Below are positions 1 to 13,833 of a stretch of DNA of 64,000 nucleotides, piece after piece; the first letter of the stretch is position 1; each line of letters opens with the position of its first letter. The notes below the pieces were generated by a model, which saw only the letters and a program-made list of their open reading frames with translations, did not search any database and was not told the DNA's origin. The position numbers and the translations under genes are program-made. This DNA comes from an uncultured Acidobacteriota bacterium (GTDB lineage Bacteria; Acidobacteriota; Thermoanaerobaculia; Gp7-AA8), in contig CAWGHO010000003.1 in NCBI GenBank assembly GCA_963822445.1, positions 128,001 through 192,000 of the forward strand. The letters run 5' to 3'.

Positions 1-411
1 GTGATTCCGATGGAAGCGGTCGTCGAGGCCTTGCGCTTCACGGCGCGCGGCGACGCCACGGGAGTGTTTCAGCATCGCGGCGAAATGATCCCGTTCGTTC
101 GGCTGCGCCAGCGGCTCTTCCTCACCGGCGCCGGCTCCGCGCGCGAAAACGTCGTCATCGTCCGTTCCACGCGCGGTCTGGCCGGCCTCGTCGTCGACGA
201 GCTCCTCGGCGAATGCCACACCGTCGTCAAGCCGCTGCCGAAGTCTCTGCGCGGCATCCCCGGTCTCTCCGGCTCCGCGATTCTGCCGAACGGCCGGATC
301 GCTTTCATCGTCGATGTTCCCGGGCTGTTGCAGGTCGAGATCGACCTTCGCCGCTCTGCTTCCCGTCCGCAATCTCGCAGCACACAGGAGTGGTCATGTT
401 CCGCAAATTGA
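1..411 (+). CDS. cheA: Chemotaxis kinase CheA, C-terminal CheW-like (P5) domain; 5' truncated by window
   Basis: [10 protein letters not shown]...VVKPL...[19 protein letters not shown] is typical of the CheA P5 domain; lies directly upstream of MCP-cheW-cheR-cheB. Confidence 0.85.
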   Translation: MIPMEAVVEALRFTARGDATGVFQHRGEMIPFVRLRQRLFLTGAGSARENVVIVRSTRGLAGLVVDELLGECHTVVKPLPKSLRGIPGLSGSAILPNGRIAFIVDVPGLLQVEIDLRRSASRPQSRSTQEWSCSAN

Positions 412-2231
412 AGTTCGTTCACCGGGTTCTGATGATGCCGGCCATCGCCGCGCTGGCCCTCGTGCTGATCCTCGGCACAACCGTGTTTGCCGTCTCGCGC
501 ACCGAGTCGTTCAGCACGATGATCGAGGTCGGCTACTTTCCCGCGACGGAGATGCATCACGATCTCCACGAGATCCTCACCTCGATCCAGCGCACGCTGC
601 AGGACGCCGCAGCTGCGCACGACGCCACCGCCATCCAGGAAGCGGACGCGCTCAAGGTGCAGTTCCTCGAGCGTCTGCAGAAGGAGAGCGGCAATCCCGC
701 CGTCGATGCCGTGGAGCTCGATCGCCTCCGCGGACTCCTCAACGACTACTACAGTCTCGGCCGCGGCATGACCCAGCGCCTGATCACCGGCGAGACCGGC
801 GTCAGCTTCGCCGAATCGCTCGAGGAGATGCGCCGCCGCCACAACGACCTCGCCACCGCGCTCGACGCCAGCCGCACGAAAGGCAAGAGCAACATCCAGA
901 AAGCGTTCAGCGAAGTCCGCGATCTCCATCGCGCCACGCAATGGCTCGTGGTGGTGATCAGCGTGACCTGTCTGCTGCTGCTCGCATTCGTCTCGGTGTT
1001 GCTGATCCGCAGCCTGACCCGCCCGCTGCATCGGGCCGTCGAAGTCGCAAATCAACTCGCCGCGGGCAATCTCGCGGCGGACATCGACGGCGCGAGCGAC
1101 GACGAGATCGGCAGGCTCCTGCAGTCGATGAAGCGCATGGTCGGCTACTTCCAGGAAATGGCCGGCGCCGCGGAACGCATCTCGCGCGGCGACATCAGCG
1201 CGACAGTCGCGCCGCGCTCGGAGAACGACACGCTCGGCCGCTCGTTCCGGGACATGGTCGTTTATCTCCAGGAGATGACCGGCATCGCCGATTCCATCGC
1301 CGCGGGTGATCTGACGTCCTCCATCAAGCCGAAGTCGAACGACGACACGCTCGCGCTCGCGCTGCGGAAGATGACCCGCAATCTCGCGCAGATGATCGGC
1401 GACATCCGCGCCGGCGTGGCCACGCTTTCCACGGCCTCGACGCAGGTCTCATCCACCGCTCAGAGTCTTTCCCGCGGCACGAGCAGCCAGAGCGCCTCGG
1501 TCGAGCAGGCCACGGCCAGCCTCGAGCAGATGACCGCATCGATCACCCAGAACGCTGCCAACAGCCAGGAGATGCGCGACATGGCCATCCAGGGCGCGCG
1601 CGACGCGGAGCTCAGCGGCCGCGCGGTCGGTGAAACGAAAGAAGCGATGGAAGCCATCGCTGAGAAGATCACCATCGTCGAAGACATCGCCTACCAGACC
1701 AACCTCCTCGCGCTGAACGCCGCCATCGAAGCAGCACGGGCCGGCGAACATGGCCGCGGCTTCGCCGTCGTCGCCAGCGAAGTGCGCAAGCTTGCCGAGC
1801 GCAGTCAGAGCGCGGCCAAGGAAATCGGCGGCCTGGCCGGATCGAGCGTACGCATTGCCGAGCGCTCCTCGACCTCGCTCAATCAGCTCGTTCCCTCGAT
1901 TCACAAGACCGCGGAGCTCGTGCAGGAAGTGTCCGCCGCGTCGAACGAGCAGTCGACCGGCGTCGCGCAGATCAACCAGGCCATGAGCCTGCTCGACCAG
2001 ATCACCCAGCAGAACGCGTCGGCCGCCGAAGAATTGTCCGCGACGGCCGAGGAGCTGGCCGGACAGGCTAAGACCCTCCGCCAGCGCATGGAGATCTTCA
2101 CCCTCGGCGCAAAACGCACCGCACCTGCTGAAGAGCCGGAAGCGCTCACCGACGAAGTGGACATTCCGACGTTCGGCGGCTATCGCCCCAACGCCGCGGA
2201 GCTCGCGCAGTTCGATTACGAGAGGTTCTGA
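396..2231 (+). CDS. Methyl-accepting chemotaxis protein (2 TM, periplasmic helical sensor, HAMP x2, signalling domain)
   Basis: [40 protein letters not shown] hairpin-tip motif; C-terminal CheR/CheB-tether-type pentapeptide DYERF; GGAG upstream of ATG 396. Confidence 0.95.
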   Translation: MFRKLKFVHRVLMMPAIAALALVLILGTTVFAVSRTESFSTMIEVGYFPATEMHHDLHEILTSIQRTLQDAAAAHDATAIQEADALKVQFLERLQKESGNPAVDAVELDRLRGLLNDYYSLGRGMTQRLITGETGVSFAESLEEMRRRHNDLATALDASRTKGKSNIQKAFSEVRDLHRATQWLVVVISVTCLLLLAFVSVLLIRSLTRPLHRAVEVANQLAAGNLAADIDGASDDEIGRLLQSMKRMVGYFQEMAGAAERISRGDISATVAPRSENDTLGRSFRDMVVYLQEMTGIADSIAAGDLTSSIKPKSNDDTLALALRKMTRNLAQMIGDIRAGVATLSTASTQVSSTAQSLSRGTSSQSASVEQATASLEQMTASITQNAANSQEMRDMAIQGARDAELSGRAVGETKEAMEAIAEKITIVEDIAYQTNLLALNAAIEAARAGEHGRGFAVVASEVRKLAERSQSAAKEIGGLAGSSVRIAERSSTSLNQLVPSIHKTAELVQEVSAASNEQSTGVAQINQAMSLLDQITQQNASAAEELSATAEELAGQAKTLRQRMEIFTLGAKRTAPAEEPEALTDEVDIPTFGGYRPNAAELAQFDYERF

Positions 2232-2734
2232 TGCCTGTCGAGCAATTGCTGACATTCCTCATCGGCGAGGACGAGTACGGGATCTCCATTCTCCGCGTTC
2301 GCGAGATCGCGGAGTACCGGTCGCTGACGCCCGTGCCGATGACGCAGACCTGGATGCGCGGGGTGATGAACCTGCGCGGCACAGTCGTCCCGGTGGTCGA
2401 CCTCGCCGCGCGCCTCGGCCTCGAGCCGACGCACATCTCCCGCCGCACGTGCCTCGTCATCGTCGAAATGAACATCGAAGGCGAAGAGGTGGTGATCGCG
2501 GTGATGGTCGACGGCGTCAGTCGTGTCGTCGATGTTCCGAGCGAGGACATTCAGGAACCGCCGCCGTTCGGTTTGAACGTCGACTTCGTTCCCGGCCTGG
2601 TGCGAGCGGACGACGCGATGATCATCCTCCTCGATCTCAAGGCCATCCTCGGAACCAGCGAGCTGCTAAACGCGGCCGAGCTTCTGCCCGCTCTTCGCGA
2701 ACATGTCGAGGAGAGTGGTGATGCACGTCAGTGA
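2231..2734 (+). CDS. cheW: Chemotaxis coupling protein CheW
   Basis: LTFLIGEDEYGI...VREI...GVMNLRGTVVPVVDL; TGATG coupling to the MCP. Confidence 0.95.
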   Translation: MPVEQLLTFLIGEDEYGISILRVREIAEYRSLTPVPMTQTWMRGVMNLRGTVVPVVDLAARLGLEPTHISRRTCLVIVEMNIEGEEVVIAVMVDGVSRVVDVPSEDIQEPPPFGLNVDFVPGLVRADDAMIILLDLKAILGTSELLNAAELLPALREHVEESGDARQ

Positions 2735-3553
2735 GCTCGTGCCGATGTCCGATCGCGAGTTTCGCGGATTCCGCGAGCTCGTCTATCGCGAGTCGGGCAT
2801 TCACATCTCCGAGCACAAGCGCGAGCTGCTGACCGCGCGTCTCTCGCGCCGCATCCGCACGCTGGGCATGCTGCGCTTCGGCGAGTACCTGAACGTGGTC
2901 GAGCGCGAGCCGCAGGAGCGCGTGGAGATGCTCGATCGCATCGTCACGAACGAGACGAAGTTCTTCCGCGAGCCGAAGCAGTTCGAGTTTCTCGAGAGCG
3001 AAGTGCTTCCGCGCTGGCTCGCTGAAGCGGAGGCGCGCTCGCGGGCGCGGCGGGTGAGGGTGTGGAGCGCGGGCTGTTCGACGGGGCAGGAGCCGTACTC
3101 GATTGCCATGACCCTCCTCGCGCAACTCGAAGGCTGGGACATCGAAGTTCTGGCCACCGACATCTCCGGCCGCGCGTTGCGACAGGCCATGGCCGGCGTC
3201 TGGCCGATGGACAAAGCGAGCGAGATTCCGGAGAAGTACCTGAAGAACTACATGCTTCGCGGCGTGCGCTCGCAGGACGGACGGATGTCGGCGAGCGCGC
3301 AAACGCGCGCGGTGATCCGCTTCCAGCGTCTCAATCTCCACGATGAACTGCCGGAGCTGGGGGCGTTCGATCTGATTTTCTGCAGGAACGTGCTGATCTA
3401 CTTCGATCTGGCCTCGCGTACGCAAGCGGTCACGCGCATCCTTACGCGACTCGCGCCGGCCGGCTTTCTCTTCCTCGGCCATTCCGAGAGTCTGCTCAGC
3501 TCCGGCCTGCGTCTGCGGCCCGTCGCTCCGTCGGTCTACACGCGGATGGCGCG

Positions 3554-3557
<4 letters not shown>
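2721..3557 (+). CDS. cheR: Protein-glutamate O-methyltransferase CheR
   Basis: TNETKFFREP, VWSAGCSTGQEPYSIA, DLIFCRNVLIYF and LGHSES motifs. Confidence 0.95.
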
Positions 3558-7143
<3,586 letters not shown>

Positions 7144-7144
<1 letters not shown>

Positions 7145-8526
7145 TGGCGACCATCCTGATCGTCGATGACGAGGAAGTCGTTCTCAACGGCGTGCGCCGC
7201 ACCTTGCGCGCGAACGGGTTCGACGAAGTGCTGATGTGCGCCGACGCGCGTGACGTCGAATCGCTGCTCGACGCCGAGCCGATCGCGCTGGTGCTGCTCG
7301 ACCTGATGATGCCGCACATCGGCGGACGCGAGTTGCTGGAGCGCATCGCCGCTGCGCATCCCGAGGTGCCGGTGGTCGTGGTTACCGCGGAGCAGGACGT
7401 GCGCATCGCCGTCGACTGCATGAAAGTCGGCGCGTACGACTATCTCCTCAAGCCGGTCGGCGCGGACGAGTTGATGGCGACCGTACGCCGCGCGCTCGAG
7501 CATCGCGAGTTGAGGGATGAGAATGCGCGGCTCCGTTCCAAGCTTCTCGAACAGGAGCTCGAGCATCCCGATGTCTTCTCCGGGCTGATCACCATCGATC
7601 CTTCGATGCTTCGCCTCTTCGCGTATCTCGAGGTCATCGCCCGCGGCTCGCATCCGGCGCTGATCACCGGAGAGACCGGAACGGGCAAGGAGATGATCGC
7701 CCGCGCGTTGCACGATCTCAGCGGACGTCGCGGACCGTTCGTCGCTGTGAATGTGGCTGGACTCGACGACACGATGTTCTCCGACACGCTGTTCGGGCAC
7801 CGGCCCGGGGCATTCACGGGTGCGACCGGTACGCGCCGCGGCATGATCGAGAATGCCGGACGTGGGACGCTGTTCCTCGACGAGATCGGCGATCTCGCGG
7901 AAGCATCGCAGGTCAAGCTCCTGCGCGTTCTGCAGGAGCGCGAGTACTACACGCTCGGCGACGACGTGCCGAAGCGGCTCGAAGCGCGCGTGGTTGCGGC
8001 GACGCATCAGGATCCGTCGAAGCTGCGGCGCGATCTCTACTTCCGTCTGAAGTCGTACCACGTGCGCATCCCGCCGCTGCGCGACCGCCTCGGCGATCTG
8101 CCGCTGCTGATCAATCACGTCGCTCGCGAAGCCGCGCAGGACCTTGGTAAACAACCGCCGGTCGTGCCGGAGCGCGTCTACCGCGTGCTCGCGCATTACG
8201 ACTTCCCCGGAAACATCCGCGAGCTGCGGGCGATGGTGTTCGACGCGGTAGCGCGTCACACCAGCGGGACGTTGCCTGTCGATCCGTTCATCGAGGCGAT
8301 GGGCTCTCACGACGTGCAGGAAGACGACGTCGTGCGCGCCGACGTCACGCGCGGCGACATCATCGCCGAGCCGCAATGGCGGGAGATGGAGCGCACCAAT
8401 CTGCTCAACGCCCTGCGCCGCGCCAACTGGAAGATCTCCGGCCGCGGCGGCGCCGCCGAGCTCCTGAGCGTCAAACCCTCGACGCTCGAGTCGCGGATGA
8501 AAGCCTTCGCCATCGAAAAGCCGTAG
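7144..8526 (+). CDS. Sigma54-dependent response regulator (REC-AAA+-HTH, NtrC family)
   Basis: REC DD/D motifs, Walker A GETGTGKE, GAFTGA loop, Walker B LFLDEIG, FPGNIREL, Fis-type HTH tail. Confidence 0.95.
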
Positions 8527-8615
8527 TGGAGTGCGGTGGCTCTGCCACCGCTTTCCCACGCGCCGGAGGCGCGCTCCGCGCGCGATGAAAGCGGCGGCAG
8601 AGCCGCCGCACTCCA
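8527..8615. repeat. REP-like palindromic element (TGGAGTGCGG...CCGCACTCCA), intergenic copy
   Basis: Perfect 10-bp terminal inverted repeats with nested hairpins; second copy at 24494-24583. Confidence 0.85.
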
Positions 8616-8709
8616 AATCTCGCGAAAACCCCCGAAAAGTCGTGAGCGCGTCTCGACGTCAGATTTACCTAAGACTCTGTAAACGCAAGACTTGCAGCCC
8701 GTTCACGCA

Positions 8710-8724
8710 TGGCTCCCCGGTTGC
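8710..8724 (+). promoter_or_regulatory. Sigma54 (-24/-12) promoter
   Basis: TGGCTCC-CCGG-TTGC with exact GG-N10-GC spacing, 26 nt before the porin ATG and just downstream of a sigma54 activator gene. Confidence 0.7.
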
Positions 8725-8750
8725 CCTAGTGGTCCCCCGGAGGAAATTGC

Positions 8751-9902
8751 ATGAATCACTTGAATCGGGTCCTGTGCTGTTTCGCGCTCGCCGCTCTCGC
8801 CGCATCACCAGCGTTTGCCCAGAGCTCGACCGGCACCCTCATCGACATCCATGGTTTCGGAGGCTGGGCCTACGGGAAGACCGATGGCCACAAGTACTCA
8901 CTGGGAACGGAGAGCGGCGAATACGACAACGCCGAGTTCGCGCTCAACGTCTCGTCCAAGCCCTTCGAGCAGCTCTCCGTCGTCGCGCAGATGCGCCTCG
9001 AGTCCGGCGCCGATGAAAAGGCGGCGGAGCTCGACTACGCGTTCGCCGAGTGGACGTTCAACGACGCCGCGCGCGTCCGCGTCGGTCGCGTCAAGCATCC
9101 GTTCGGCATCTACGGCGAGATCTTCGACGTCGGCACCGTCCGCCCGTTCTACAACCTGCCGCAGAGCATCTACGGCGCGAACGGCTTCACGGCGCGCGCA
9201 TACAACGGCGCGGGAATCACCGGCAACGTATCCGCCGGCCAGTGGGGCCTGCAGTACGACGTCTACGGCGGTCAGATCGAAGGCGACTTCGAAACGCCGG
9301 GCCTTCTGTCGACGTCATCGAAGTATTTCGCGGAGCCGTCCATCACCTTCGGCTATCGCGTCGAGAACGCATATGGCGGCCGCCTGAACATCACCACGCC
9401 GGTCGATGGACTGACCGTCGGCTCCTCGGCATACAGCGGCAAGGCATACACGGATCTGTCCGAGGTCGATGCTGCGCAGCGTGATGTGTACGCGGTGCAT
9501 GCCGAATACGCGCTGGAGCGCTTCGCCATCCGTAGCGAGTGGGGCCATCTCAAGAACGGCGACGACTTCAACGTCGACTCCGGATACATCGAGACCTCGT
9601 ATCGCCTCACCCAGCACTGGCAGATCGCCGCGCGCTGGGACCAGCTCGACGTCAGCCTGCCCGGCACGAACCTGTCGCGCCTCCCGAAGATCTTTCCGCA
9701 GCTCCTCGACCATCGCGAGACGGCCCTCGGCGTCAGCTATTGGTTCAGCCCGAACTTCGTCGTGCGCGGCAGCTATCAGCGCACCGACGGCAACCGCTTC
9801 GCCTTCCCGGAGACCAGCGACGAAGTGAAAGCGGCACTGGCGAGCGGCGTTCTCGATCGCGAGACGAACATGCTTCTGTTCGGCGCGCAGTTCAGCTTCT
9901 GA
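8751..9902 (+). CDS. Outer-membrane beta-barrel (porin-like) protein
   Basis: Signal peptide (AFA-Q), amphipathic strands, ELDYAFAEW / RVGR motif, terminal aromatic residues QFSF; GGAGG RBS. Confidence 0.8.
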   Translation: MNHLNRVLCCFALAALAASPAFAQSSTGTLIDIHGFGGWAYGKTDGHKYSLGTESGEYDNAEFALNVSSKPFEQLSVVAQMRLESGADEKAAELDYAFAEWTFNDAARVRVGRVKHPFGIYGEIFDVGTVRPFYNLPQSIYGANGFTARAYNGAGITGNVSAGQWGLQYDVYGGQIEGDFETPGLLSTSSKYFAEPSITFGYRVENAYGGRLNITTPVDGLTVGSSAYSGKAYTDLSEVDAAQRDVYAVHAEYALERFAIRSEWGHLKNGDDFNVDSGYIETSYRLTQHWQIAARWDQLDVSLPGTNLSRLPKIFPQLLDHRETALGVSYWFSPNFVVRGSYQRTDGNRFAFPETSDEVKAALASGVLDRETNMLLFGAQFSF

Positions 9903-9906
9903 GGAG

Positions 9907-10347
9907 ATGACGATGAAGAGACGAATATTTGTCGCCGCCCTCGGACTGTTTCTGCTGTTCGCCGTCCATCGCGCCCACGCCGCCGGCGTGAAGGTCGTGG
10001 TCCATGCATCGAATCCCGTCGACTCGATCTCGAAGTCGAAGGTCGCCGATCTGTTCCTGAAGCGGGTCACGCGCTGGGACAACGGCCGCGCCGTGACTCC
10101 GGTCGATCAGTCGGAGAAAAGCACCGCCCGCACCGACTTCACGAAAGACCTGCTCGACAAGGAAGTGGTCTGGGTGAAGAGCTACTGGCAGAAGATGATC
10201 TTCTCCGGCCGCGGCACGCCGCCCGCCGAGCTGTCGTCCGACAAGGACGTGCTCGATCTCATCCGCACCAATGCTGACGCCATCGGCTACGTCGCTGAAT
10301 CCGCGACGATTCCAGCCGGCGTGAAAGTGCTCACGGTAGGCAAGTGA
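9907..10347 (+). CDS. Small exported PBP-type (PstS-like single lobe) ligand-binding protein
   Basis: Signal peptide; VVVHASNPVDSISKSKVADLFL...YWQKMIFSGRGTPP...DAIGYV, a family usually labelled phosphate ABC substrate-binding-like. Confidence 0.75.
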   Translation: MTMKRRIFVAALGLFLLFAVHRAHAAGVKVVVHASNPVDSISKSKVADLFLKRVTRWDNGRAVTPVDQSEKSTARTDFTKDLLDKEVVWVKSYWQKMIFSGRGTPPAELSSDKDVLDLIRTNADAIGYVAESATIPAGVKVLTVGK

Positions 10348-11957
10348 TGCCGGGTCTCGACGCGCAACTCGTAGCCGCGCTGCTCGACCGGACCGATTCG
10401 CTGGTCTGGTCGACGGACGCGGAGCTGAAGGTTCTGGCGATCCGCGGCGCCGCGCTGCGCACGTCGGGAATCGACGTCGGGCAACTGGTCGAGCGCACGG
10501 CGGCGGCACATCATGGCGCGCTCCGCGGTCAGACGGTCGATCTCGACTGCGAGATCGCGGACCGCGTCCATGAGGTGACCATCGCTCCGCTCCGCGATGA
10601 CGAAGGAACGATCACCGGCTGCATCGGCATCGCCCAGGACGCAACTTCGCGCCGCCGGGCGGAGCGGACGCTGGCCTGGCAGTCCTCGCACGATGCGTTG
10701 ACGCGGCTACCGAACCGCAACCTGCTGCGGGAAACGCTCGCGCAGGCGATCCGCGACGCGCGGCGCGGCGAACATGATCTGGCGCTGCTCGTCGTCGACA
10801 TCGACGGCATGCATTGCATCAACGACGCGGCGGGGCAGGAGGCCGGCGATGCCGTGCTCGCCGCCGCCGCGGCCCGGCTCGTGTCCGCCGCCGGCGTGGG
10901 CAGTTTCGTCGCCCGCCTCGGCGGCGACTCGTTCGCGGTGGTGAGCAAAGGCTGGCCGGTGCGCACCGCCGCTCTCATCGGCGACGCGATGGCCGTGCCG
11001 TTTCCCGTCGGCGCGGCGGAGGCCCTGGTCACGACGAGCATCGGCATCGCCAGATTTCCCGATCATGGCCAGTCGGCCGATCACCTGATGCGCGCGGCGG
11101 AAGTGGCATTGCGGCGTGCCGTCGAGCTGGGCGGCAACAGCCATCAACTTTCTTCGGCCGATCTCACCGTGGCCGCGGCGGAAAGGCTAGGAACGGAAAC
11201 GCACCTCCGCCGCGCGATGGAAAGAGGGGAGCTGTGCCTCGCGTATCAACCCCAGGTCAGCCTGCCCGATAAACGTCTGCTCGGTGTCGAGGCGCTGTTG
11301 CGCTGGAACCGCGACGGAGAACTGCTATCCGCCGCGTCGTTCATTCGCGCCGTGGAGGAGAGCCCGATCATCGTCGACCTCGGCGAATGGGTGATCAACG
11401 AAGCGTGCCGCCAGTTCCGCGCATGGCGCGACGCCGGCATCGCCCCGCCGCGCCTGGCCCTGAACATCGGCGCGCGCCATTTTCAACACCGCGGCTTTCT
11501 CGGCACGGTGCGCCGCGCGATCGAGCGCCACGGCATCGAACGGGACACGCTGGAGATCGAGATCACGGAGACCACGGCCATGCACCACGCCGAGGCCACG
11601 GCCACGCTGATCGACGAGCTGCGCGACCTCGGCGTGGAGATCACCATCGACGACTTCGGCACCGGCTACTCGTCGCTCGCGTATCTGAAGCGCTTCGCCA
11701 TCACCGGCGTGAAAATCGACCGCTCGTTCGTGCACGACCTGCCGTCGTCGCGCTCCGCCAGCGCGATCGTGAACGCCATCCTCGCCACCGCCCACGCCCT
11801 CGGCCTCCGCGTCGTCGCGGAAGGTGTCGAGGAGCTCGAGCAGGAGACCTTCCTCGTCGACGCGGGTTGTGATGAAGCGCAGGGGTATTGGTTCGGAAGG
11901 CCGATGAGCGCGGAGGCGATGGGGGAGGAGTTGCGGGGGATGAGGGTAGGAGCGTGA
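10344..11957 (+). CDS. PAS-GGDEF(degenerate GGDSF)-EAL protein, probable c-di-GMP phosphodiesterase
   Basis: HDALTRLPNR, RLGGDSF, YQPQ, GVEALLRW, EITE, DDFGTGYSSL, KIDRSFV, AEGVE, QGYWF. Confidence 0.9.
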   Translation: MMPGLDAQLVAALLDRTDSLVWSTDAELKVLAIRGAALRTSGIDVGQLVERTAAAHHGALRGQTVDLDCEIADRVHEVTIAPLRDDEGTITGCIGIAQDATSRRRAERTLAWQSSHDALTRLPNRNLLRETLAQAIRDARRGEHDLALLVVDIDGMHCINDAAGQEAGDAVLAAAAARLVSAAGVGSFVARLGGDSFAVVSKGWPVRTAALIGDAMAVPFPVGAAEALVTTSIGIARFPDHGQSADHLMRAAEVALRRAVELGGNSHQLSSADLTVAAAERLGTETHLRRAMERGELCLAYQPQVSLPDKRLLGVEALLRWNRDGELLSAASFIRAVEESPIIVDLGEWVINEACRQFRAWRDAGIAPPRLALNIGARHFQHRGFLGTVRRAIERHGIERDTLEIEITETTAMHHAEATATLIDELRDLGVEITIDDFGTGYSSLAYLKRFAITGVKIDRSFVHDLPSSRSASAIVNAILATAHALGLRVVAEGVEELEQETFLVDAGCDEAQGYWFGRPMSAEAMGEELRGMRVGA

Positions 11958-12032
11958 CGTGGGACGGCCACCACTTCTACATTGTGGTGGACCGGTTTGC
12001 GCGAACTAGCTGTGCGGCTGGCGTAGAAGACG

Positions 12033-12413
12033 TTACCCGTCGATCGACCTGAAGAACGAAATCCCTGAGAGCCATTCGGCCGAGACCTTCGTCCCGTCAC
12101 TGAACTGAAACCGCTCGACGTTTCCTAGGTCGTTCGAGGTGACGGCGATCAGCTGAACGTTGCGAAGTCTGAAGCTGGCATAGGTGTAGGTCTTGCCGAG
12201 GCCGGAGCCCTCGGATTGACGTTGCGTTAGTACGGTGCGCGGCGGAGCGATGATCTCTCCCGACTTCAGCTTCACGCGATAGTGATCAGCTGAGTCGACG
12301 AGTTCGCCGCGGAACTGTAGCTCGACATCATAGGAACTGTTCAATGGCGGCAGTTGCGACTCCGCGAACGGCGCACGTAGGATTGAAATCGGCTCGAACT
12401 GTTCATCGCTCAT
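12033..12413 (-). CDS. Hypothetical protein (islet)
   Basis: 126-aa ORF with codon usage more AT-rich than flanking genes; overlaps the stop of the BRCT gene. Confidence 0.55.
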   Translation of the reverse strand: MSDEQFEPISILRAPFAESQLPPLNSSYDVELQFRGELVDSADHYRVKLKSGEIIAPPRTVLTQRQSEGSGLGKTYTYASFRLRNVQLIAVTSNDLGNVERFQFSDGTKVSAEWLSGISFFRSIDG

Positions 12414-13092
12414 TTGACGGTCCTCTTGCGCTGCTCCCTGCGTTCAAGACAAGCAGTAGCGGATCGTTGCTGTTCAACTGGTCCACCCAATGTTCCTCTT
12501 CGACAACCGCGATCGGGAGGCCCCGCCGCTTCCACCGGACGATACTCTCGATCTTTCGTCCGAACGATGTGTGCGCCCAGTCGCGACTTCCTATTTGTCC
12601 GATAACAAGCACGTTAGTCTTCTGCGTCGCGCGCGGCAGGCATCGACCGCCAAGCCTACACACGGCGGCTTCGCAGTCCTTGCGAGTGCCGTACACAAAC
12701 TCGCCAGTAAATACGTACGTTTGGTCCTGAAAGATCAGCGGTTGCGGCGGTCGGTCGATCGGAAGTTCCGTCGTTGGATTCGTCTCAGGTCGTACTTGCT
12801 CACCGACGGTCGACGCCAGCAGGGCGCGGAGCTGCTGGCGCTCTTCGTCATCGACTTTGCCGTCGTCGAGGATCTTCTTCAACCGACGCGAAAGAACGTA
12901 GCCAGGCCACACTTTTAGGGCGTCAGGATTCGCGGCGAACCAGTCGGTCAGCGCCATCGCTTCGCGCTCCGATACCTCGCCATCGATCAAGACCCCCTTC
13001 ACAAGGCCAAGCATCTCGTTGATCGCGCGGTCTGTGCGAAGCCGTTCCTGAACTCGCGGGTCGAGCGGTTGAGCGTGATCATTGAGAATCAT
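12403..13092 (-). CDS. BRCT-domain protein (NAD-dependent ligase BRCT-like, phage/islet type)
   Basis: YVFTGEFVYGTRKDCEAAVCRLGG...TNVLVIG...WAHTSFGRKIE...VVEEEHW BRCT signature; N-terminal LGLVKGVLIDGEV helical domain; GGAG RBS. Confidence 0.8.
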   Translation of the reverse strand: MILNDHAQPLDPRVQERLRTDRAINEMLGLVKGVLIDGEVSEREAMALTDWFAANPDALKVWPGYVLSRRLKKILDDGKVDDEERQQLRALLASTVGEQVRPETNPTTELPIDRPPQPLIFQDQTYVFTGEFVYGTRKDCEAAVCRLGGRCLPRATQKTNVLVIGQIGSRDWAHTSFGRKIESIVRWKRRGLPIAVVEEEHWVDQLNSNDPLLLVLNAGSSARGPSNER

Positions 13093-13177
13093 CGAGGTCT
13101 CCCGATTACCTACGGCTCCCTCAGCACCTCAAGAATGCGAGGTTGATCGACACCGATTGGCTGTCAGAGTTGCTGTC

Positions 13178-13209
13178 AAAACAGAACGGCGCGGACGATG
13201 CCGCGCCGT
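13178..13209 (-). terminator. Intrinsic terminator downstream of tRNA-Ala
   Basis: 9-bp perfect stem acggcgcgg/ccgcgccgt followed on the minus strand by TCTGTTTT. Confidence 0.6.
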
Positions 13210-13225
13210 AAGTGATTGATCTAAT

Positions 13226-13302
13226 TGGTGGAGCCGATGAGGATCGAACTCACGACCTCCTGAATGCCATTCAGGCGCTCTCCCAAACTGAGCTACGGCC
13301 CC
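13226..13302 (-). tRNA. tRNA-Ala (GGC)
   Basis: GGGGCCGTAGCTCAGTTTGGGAGAGCGCCTGAATGGCATTCAGGAGGTCGTGAGTTCGATCCTCATCGGCTCCACCA folds as a full cloverleaf with G3:U70, anticodon GGC and encoded CCA. Confidence 0.97.
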
Positions 13303-13385
13303 ACGGAGTTCCCGGTCACTAACGCTCCGAAGTCACCAAAATTCCAGCCCCGGAGCGGCGCGCATTCTACGCTACGATGAGCGCC

Positions 13386-13559
13386 ATGGAGAAGCCGAAG
13401 TACGGGAAGCAGCGGTCGGCCAGCGGGGCGTTCTCCGTCGCCAGGCACCTCACCAAACCCGAGGTCCCGAAATCGGCCGTGCCCACCCCCACCCGGCCCA
13501 AGCCCCAGGTCGGGAAGCCCAATCCGGGTGGCCGCGTTAAGACCGGCCGCAATGAATGA
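13386..13559 (+). CDS. Small basic Pro/Lys-rich protein
   Basis: ATG 7 nt after a TACGAT -10-like hexamer; stop overlaps the start of the ferredoxin gene. Confidence 0.45.
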   Translation: MEKPKYGKQRSASGAFSVARHLTKPEVPKSAVPTPTRPKPQVGKPNPGGRVKTGRNE

Positions 13560-13833
13560 GCAGGACCCCCAGCACCCGGCCATTCGCGGTCTCAAGACCG
13601 TCTGCCGGTGCAACAACATCAAATACAGGACCATCGAGCGCGCCATCCGCGAGGGGGCTCACACCCTCACGCAGGTCGCCAACCGCACCACCGCCACCCT
13701 GGGCGAATGCGGCGGAACCTGCACGCCCGACGTTCAGGCCATGCTCGACGAGCTCGCACCGAAATACGCAACCGCGGCCACCGCGACCAAGCCGGCCGCA
13801 CAACCCGATGCCTGGTGGGTGAGGAAGAAATGA
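13552..13833 (+). CDS. BFD-like (2Fe-2S)-binding protein
   Basis: VCRCNNI...IERAIREGAHTL...TTATLGECGGTCTP cysteine pattern of BFD-like ferredoxins. Confidence 0.85.
   Translation: MNEQDPQHPAIRGLKTVCRCNNIKYRTIERAIREGAHTLTQVANRTTATLGECGGTCTPDVQAMLDELAPKYATAATATKPAAQPDAWWVRKK

Noticed and set aside
8531-9016. 161-aa ORF starting in the palindromic repeat
   Set aside because: Translation of the REP-like element and promoter region, out of frame with the porin.
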